A DNA stretch of 63,037 nucleotides, counting the filler, from Octopus bimaculoides (lineage: Eukaryota), in assembly GCF_001194135.2 (NCBI RefSeq). It is 8 parts of 8 records of this genome, joined end to end, with 100 filler letters (N's around TTAATTAATTAA, not from the genome) between each part and the next. Parts side by side here need not be neighbours in the genome. Positions count along the whole stretch, not along the records: positions 59,754 to 63,037 come from NC_068992.1; 7 more parts are not named here. The stretch is one strand, 5' to 3'. The position numbers and the translations under genes are program-made. The stretch's first letter is position 1. Each line of letters starts with the position of its first letter. The notes beneath the pieces are model-generated. The model did not search any database and was not told the origin of the DNA. It saw only the letters and a program-made list of their open reading frames with translations. Below, one piece after another: positions 62,795-63,037 of this stretch.

Positions 62795-63037
62795 CCAGTT
62801 CCCTCTTCCAGTTCCGTCTTCCACTTCCCTCTCCAGTTCCCTCTTCCAGTTCCCTCTCCAGTTCCCTCTTCTAGTTCCCTCTTCCAGTTCTCTCTTCCAG
62901 TTCCCTCTCCAGTTCCCTCTTCCAGTTCCCTCTCCAGTTCCCTCTTCCAGTTCCCTCTCCAGTTCCCTCTTCTAGTTCCCTCTTCCAGTTCTCTCATCCA
63001 GTTCCCTCTCCAGTTCCCTCTTCCAGTTCCCTCTCCA
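62795..63037. repeat. 12-13 bp pyrimidine-rich minisatellite (CCAGTTCCCTCT[T])n
   Basis: About 19 units running to the window end. Confidence 0.9.

Overview
AT-rich, microsatellite-saturated eukaryotic draft-scaffold DNA with many N gaps. The repeat families and the N44-TTAATTAATTAA-N44 gap filler suggest an octopus assembly (inference from recalled repeat consensuses). Host coding content is sparse: two + strand exons of Rab geranylgeranyltransferase alpha (RABGGTA, 58445-58528 and 59103-59188) and a probable His/Gln-rich first coding exon of an unidentified minus-strand gene (9438-9791). Most other recognisable DNA is transposon-derived: several tRNA-derived SINE families, a DD37D (maT) and a mariner transposase pseudogene, RTE LINE ends (one with tandem C2H2 fingers), a Gypsy gag remnant, and mariner, hAT-like, piggyBac-like and foldback MITEs. 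I found no CRISPR, rRNA or intact tRNA, and nothing here proves a wholly new system. The best leads are: five dispersed minimal hammerhead-ribozyme motifs (one with an intact core at 14444-14492); an extended, duplicated tRNA-Trp primer-binding site behind a hairpin (56307-56493); the zinc-finger LINE tail; several long hairpins that could be ADAR or small-RNA substrates; and a Met-Glu-stop uORF overlapping the start of the His/Gln exon. Repeat boundaries are approximate.
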